64,000 nt of DNA from Phyllobates terribilis. Its lineage: Eukaryota. Both the position numbers and the translations under genes were made by a program. Positions 59,282 to 64,000 of this stretch are shown piece by piece. The stretch is from positions 421,166,001 through 421,230,000 of the forward strand of contig NW_027362767.1 in NCBI RefSeq assembly GCF_046119375.1, written 5' to 3'. The notes beneath the pieces are model-generated. The model was not told where the DNA came from. It ran no database searches and saw only the letters and a program-made list of their open reading frames with translations. Numbering within the stretch: the first letter of the stretch is position 1; every line of letters starts with the position of its first letter.

Positions 59282-62200
59282 TTAAACACTGAACCCCCCT
59301 TGATCATCCCAGAAGTCCTTGGCATTTTTGCGGGGGTTGCACTTGTGGACGACTGCTTTGAATTTGGTGGAGAACCTGCGGCCGCAGTCATTGCACTGGT
59401 GGGGCTTCACCCCGTGCACAACGCTGTAATGTCTGACCGCGCTGGACTTGTGCTTGAACATCTGTCCACAAGCGATGCAGCGGAACGGCTTCTCCTCCAA
59501 GGCGATCTGGTTGAGGAACTGCAGGCGGGAGGGATCGGGGGGCTTCTCCTCGGTGGCAGGTTTTATGGGCGGGTACGGGTCGTAGGGTCTACTGCTGCTG
59601 GAGCAGATGAACCGCTCACTGATGCTCCAGATGTTCGGGTGCCAGCGATAATGGGGGGTGCCCACCTTGTCTGGGGAGCGTGTCTTGTTGGCGAGACTTT
59701 CATACGTCCCGTCCTCCTTTATCTCCTCAGTCATCTCCACCTTGATTTCACTTTCATCCAACAGAGGAGGCCGAGAGTAACAGTCATCTACACCCGACCG
59801 AAACCGCCCGGCTGGGGAGAAGACACAGAACGTCAGGCTTCAGAGCAGAAATCAGCCACCAGCAGAATAGTGAGTGCAGCTCTGGAGTATAATAGAGGAT
59901 GTAACTCAGGATCAGTAATGTATGTACACAGTGACTGCACCAGCAGAATAGTGAGTGCAGCTCTGGAGTATAATACAGGATGTAACTCAGGATGAGTAAT
60001 GTAATGTATGTACACAGTGACTGCACGAGCAGAATAGTGAGTGCAGCTCTGGAGTATAATACAGGATGTAACTCAGGATCAGTACAGGATAAGTAATGTA
60101 TGTACACAGTGACCGCACCAGCAGAATAGTGAGTGCAGCTCTGGAGTATAATAGAGGATGTAACTCAGGATCAGTAATGTATGTACACAGTGACTGCACC
60201 AGCAGAATAGTGAGTGCAGCTCTGGAGTATAATACAGGATGTAACTCAGGATGAGTAATGTAATGTATGTACACAGTGACTGCACGAGCAGAATAGTGAG
60301 TGCAGCTCTGGAGTATAATACAGGATGTAACTCAGGATCAGTACAGGATAAGTAATGTATGTACACAGTGACCGCACCAGCAGAATAGTGAGTGCAGCTC
60401 TGGAGTATAATAGAGGATGTAACTCAGGATCAGTAATGTATGTACACAGTGATTGCACCAGCAGAATAGTGAGTGCAGCTCTGGAGTATAATACAGGATG
60501 TAAGTCAGGATCAATACAGGATCAGTAATGTAATGTATGTACACAGTGACTGCACCAGCAGAATAGTGAGTGCAGCTCTGGAGTATAATACAGGATGTAA
60601 GTCAGGATCAGTAATGTATGTACACAGTGACTGCACCAGCAGAATAGTGAGTGCAGCTCTGGAGTATAATACAGGATAGGTAATGTAATCAGTGCCATTT
60701 GTCCGTTACTTACCTGCAGAGGTTCCCGGGGATCCACTACTCCGCTCATATTTGCATTTGTCCTTGCCGTGTTCATCCTCATCATCGTCCTCATCCTCCT
60801 TCCCACTCGTGGACTCGTAGTCTATTTCTTCCACATTCAGGTCTGATAATTCTGAATACAGATTGAGCACACAATACACAGTCACAGATGTCACCAGCGC
60901 AGTTATAGGAGCCCCATCCCTCCATTATATTGGGGGGCAGACCCCCTGAACCCGCACAGACAGAGCTGCAGGTTGGGTTGTGCCCGTCCTACCATCACCA
61001 GGAGAGCGGCTTTCCTGCACGTCCTGAGTTACACCCAAGTCCGTGGCGTCCATCTTGTCACTGAGCGGCTCGGTCTCCGTTATGACGCTTTGGTATTGTT
61101 GCTTGTGTCCTTTCACGTAGTCCCACTCCTCCATAGAGAAATAGACGGCCACGTCGTCACACTTCACTGGCACCTAGAACAGAAGCCGTGGCCCAGGTGG
61201 CCGCTGTTAGCACAAGAGACTAACGTGTTCACACCAGGTGAAGGATCAGCGGCTGTGAATGTGGCAAAAAAAATAAAAAATCAGCTTCAAAATCAGCGCG
61301 GAACTCGCTGATTGTGTCACTGATCTTACCCCATTGCACAAAGAGGCCACGAGCAAGGGGAGATCTGTGATGGAAATATGTGCAGGGGGCACGCGGAGCG
61401 CAGGGGGACACGCGGAGCGCGCTGCAGATTATCCGCAGATTTCTCAGCTGCATGTGGACGGGGTTATGAAAACCCTGTGTTCATCCTGAGTGTGCGGCGC
61501 AGCCTTCACGCACCGCCACATTTCCTGCTGCAGATTTGATGTGGATGTTACGTGCGGATTTGCCACAGACTTCACCTGCAGCCCAAAGTGACACATGAAT
61601 GGAGCCACCTCCAGAAGCTAGGGGGGGGACGAAGGAACAGGCGACCTGCCATACAACGGATGGCGGGGGTGGGCTGGATGGGCGACCTGTCACACGACAG
61701 ATGGGGGGCGCCACGAGCTGTACAATGGACAAGGATGGGGTGGGGGGGTGAAGGGTGATGTGCCATACAACGGACGATCGGGACGTGCGACCTGCCATAC
61801 AACGGACGGGGAAGGGGGGAGGGGGCAGACAGGTGACCTGCCATACAAAGGATGGGGCGACTGGCGACCTGTTACATGATAGACGGAGGGTTATGGGGGT
61901 GGCTGATGATGTGCTGTACAATGGACAGGGGTGGGGGGGACTAGTGACCTGTCATACAATGGACGGGGGATGGGGAGGCCGGGGGAAAGGGCGGCATGTC
62001 ATAAGACAGAGGGGTGGCACGTCGTACAACAGCAGGGGCACGGGCGGTCTGGGGATTATGTAATGTAACGGACGCTCACCGTCCCGGACTCCGGGTGGAT
62101 GCAGCAGTGCGGCGACGTCTTCTTCACCAGGACATATTTCTACAAGACAGAAGCAGCAGAGAGTTCTGGTCCGTCATCAGTGATGATGGTGGAATATACC

Positions 62201-63002
62201 AGGGAAAATCATTGTTATACACTGATCCGCCAGAGCAATGACCCCACTGAGCAGATAACGCCGATAATCGGGGACATGGCGCCTGTCAGGGGATATAGCA
62301 GGCAGGACGCCATCAGTCGCTTCTAGAAGATGAGGTGTTGAAACTAGAAAAAAAAAACAAGTGACTGACAAAGGATCCATCATCTCGTGTAGACGATCGG
62401 CACAAATCAACCCCACAGAGCGGGTTTTGTGGGGCATTCGAGTCAGAACCCGAAAGGAGCAATGGAAGATGGCGCCTGGTCTGATCAATCTTGTATTCTT
62501 CTCACTTATTTGGGGAAGAGATGGCACCAGAGATGGGAGAGGCGGCAGGGAAGTGTGAGGGGGCAACGTCCTGCGGGAAACCTTGTCCTGGCATCACGTG
62601 GACGTGACACCCACCTATCATGGTACAGACCAAGCACCCACGTCATGGCAGCGGGATCCCTAATTTCCGGGCATCATCCAGCAAATAACAGTCAGGAATG
62701 GTCTGAGGAACATGCGAAACATCAAGGTGACGACTTGTCTCCAAATTTCTCGGATCGATCGTCTGTGGGACGGGATGGAGGACGAGACGGACTCACTAAG
62801 CAGCGACCAGGACTTGTAGGAGACCACAGGAGCCCCAGACCAGGTAATACGGCTGATCAGTGTGGACACGTACATACTATGTATATCTCACCTCGCCTGT
62901 CAGCAGGTAGATAATCTCCAGCGCGTGATTGAGGATCTTCTCAGAGATCTTCTCCTTGGAGATGGTCATATCCGTCACTGAGGAAGCAATGTGATCCAGC
63001 AT
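59282..63002 (-). CDS. ZNF-D: 339-aa FAX-type/KRAB-A-like protein with about 2 zinc fingers, 5 coding exons
   Basis: Exons 63002(ATG)-62892, 62139-62080, 61173-60993, 60851-60714, 59811-59282; sum 1020 nt, in frame, all GT-AG. Boxes KILNHALEIIYLLTGE, KYVLVKK, VPVKCDDVAVYFSMEEWDYVKGH; fingers FRCIACGQMF..RHYSVVH and HQCNDCGRRF..VHKC. Confidence 0.88.
59855..60680. repeat. ~80-95-bp tandem repeat in the last intron of ZNF-D
   Basis: Unit CACCAGCAGAATAGTGAGTGCAGCTCTGGAGTATAATACAGGATGTAACTCAGGATCAGTAATGTATGTACACAGTGACTG with variants. Confidence 0.95.
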
Positions 63003-63054
63003 CGCTCTGTAGGACTGAGAAGAAGAGACGTTATGTACCCTTATATACATATAC

Positions 63055-64000
63055 AGCGAGGAATTTTGGTCCACTCCTCTTTGCAGATAATCTCTAAATC
63101 ATTAAGATTTTGAGGCTGTCGCTTGGCAACTCGGAGCTTCAACTGCCTCCATAAGATTAAGGTCTGGAGACTGGCTAGGCCACTCGATGACCTTACTGTG
63201 CTTCTTTTTGAGCCACTCCTTTGTTGCCTTGGTTGTATGTTTTGGGTCATTGTCTTGCTGGAAGACCCAGCCATGCCCATCTTCAATGCTCTTACTGGGG
63301 GAAGGAGGTTGTTGGCCAAAATTACGCGATACACGACCCCATCCATCTTCCCTTCAGTACAGTGCAGTTGTCATGTCCCCTTTGCAGAAAAGCACCCCCA
63401 AAGTATAATGTTTCCCCCACCATGCTTCACGCTTGGGACGACGTTCTTAGGGTTGTACTCATCCTTCTTCTTCCTCCAAACACGGCAAGTTGAGTTAATG
63501 CCAAAGAGATCAATTTTTGTCTCATCTGACCACAGCACCTTCTCCCAATAACTCACAGAATCATCCAGGTGTTCATTGGCAAACTTCAGACGGGCCTGCA
63601 CATGTGCCTTCTTGAGCAGGGGGACCTTGCGGGCACTGCAGGATTTTAAACCTTTAAGGCTTAATATGTTACCATTGGTTTTCTTGGTGACTGTGGTCCC
63701 AGCTGCCTTGAGATTATTAACAAGTCCCCCCCCCATGTAGTTTAGGCTGATCTCTCGCCTTCCTCATGATCAAGGATACCCCACAAGGTGAGATTTTGCA
63801 TGGTGTCCCAGATCGATGTCGATTGACAGGTATTTTCTATTTCTTCCATTTTCTTACTGTTGCACCAACAGTTGTCTCCTTCTCACCCAGCTTCTTACTT
63901 ATGGTTTTGTAGCCCTTTGCAGCTTTGTGCAGGTCTATGACCTTGTCCCCGACATCCTTAGAAAGCTCTTTGGTCTTGCCCATGGTGTAGAGGTCAGAGT
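63055..64000 (-). mobile_element. Degenerate Tc1 transposon (conventional DD34E-type), runs out of the window
   Basis: [62 protein letters not shown]; frameshifts, and a deletion removes the PIE motif. Confidence 0.9.

Noticed and set aside
59300-59995. 231-aa plus-strand ORF antisense to ZNF-D (also 16636-17043 antisense to ZNF-A)
   Set aside because: Shadow frames of GC-rich coding exons running into repeats; no independent signals.

Overview
Eukaryotic, intron-rich frog genomic DNA; the repeat families suggest a hyloid anuran (inference). 1-15.6 kb holds the 5' ~750 codons of mitochondrial valyl-tRNA synthetase VARS2 on the minus strand: 23 coding exons hand-spliced in frame, all GT-AG, with HLGH and KMSKS motifs; the 3' end lies left of the window. 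VARS2 shares a <300-bp head-to-head promoter with the first of four C2H2 zinc-finger genes. ZNF-A (+, 16498-17361) has 6 canonical fingers. ZNF-B (+, 37599-38789) has 7 dispersed fingers that all use non-canonical C-x1-C spacing. ZNF-C (+, 45973-50322) has FAX-type boxes, a KRAB-A-like box and 7 fingers. ZNF-D (-, 63002-59282) has a reduced FAX/KRAB-like N-terminus and only about 2 fingers. The rest is transposons and about ten minisatellite arrays: a near-intact DD38E Tc1-like element, 5'-truncated L2 and CR1 LINEs, a V-SINE, TTAA-, TAA- and TA-target non-autonomous elements, and mariner/Tc1 relics. The arrays produce most long ORFs in the track. Most notable: the all-CxC zinc-finger protein, an in-frame ladder of duplicated splice donors seeded by a VARS2 exon end, the DD38E element one stop codon from intact, and an orphan sushi-like exon.
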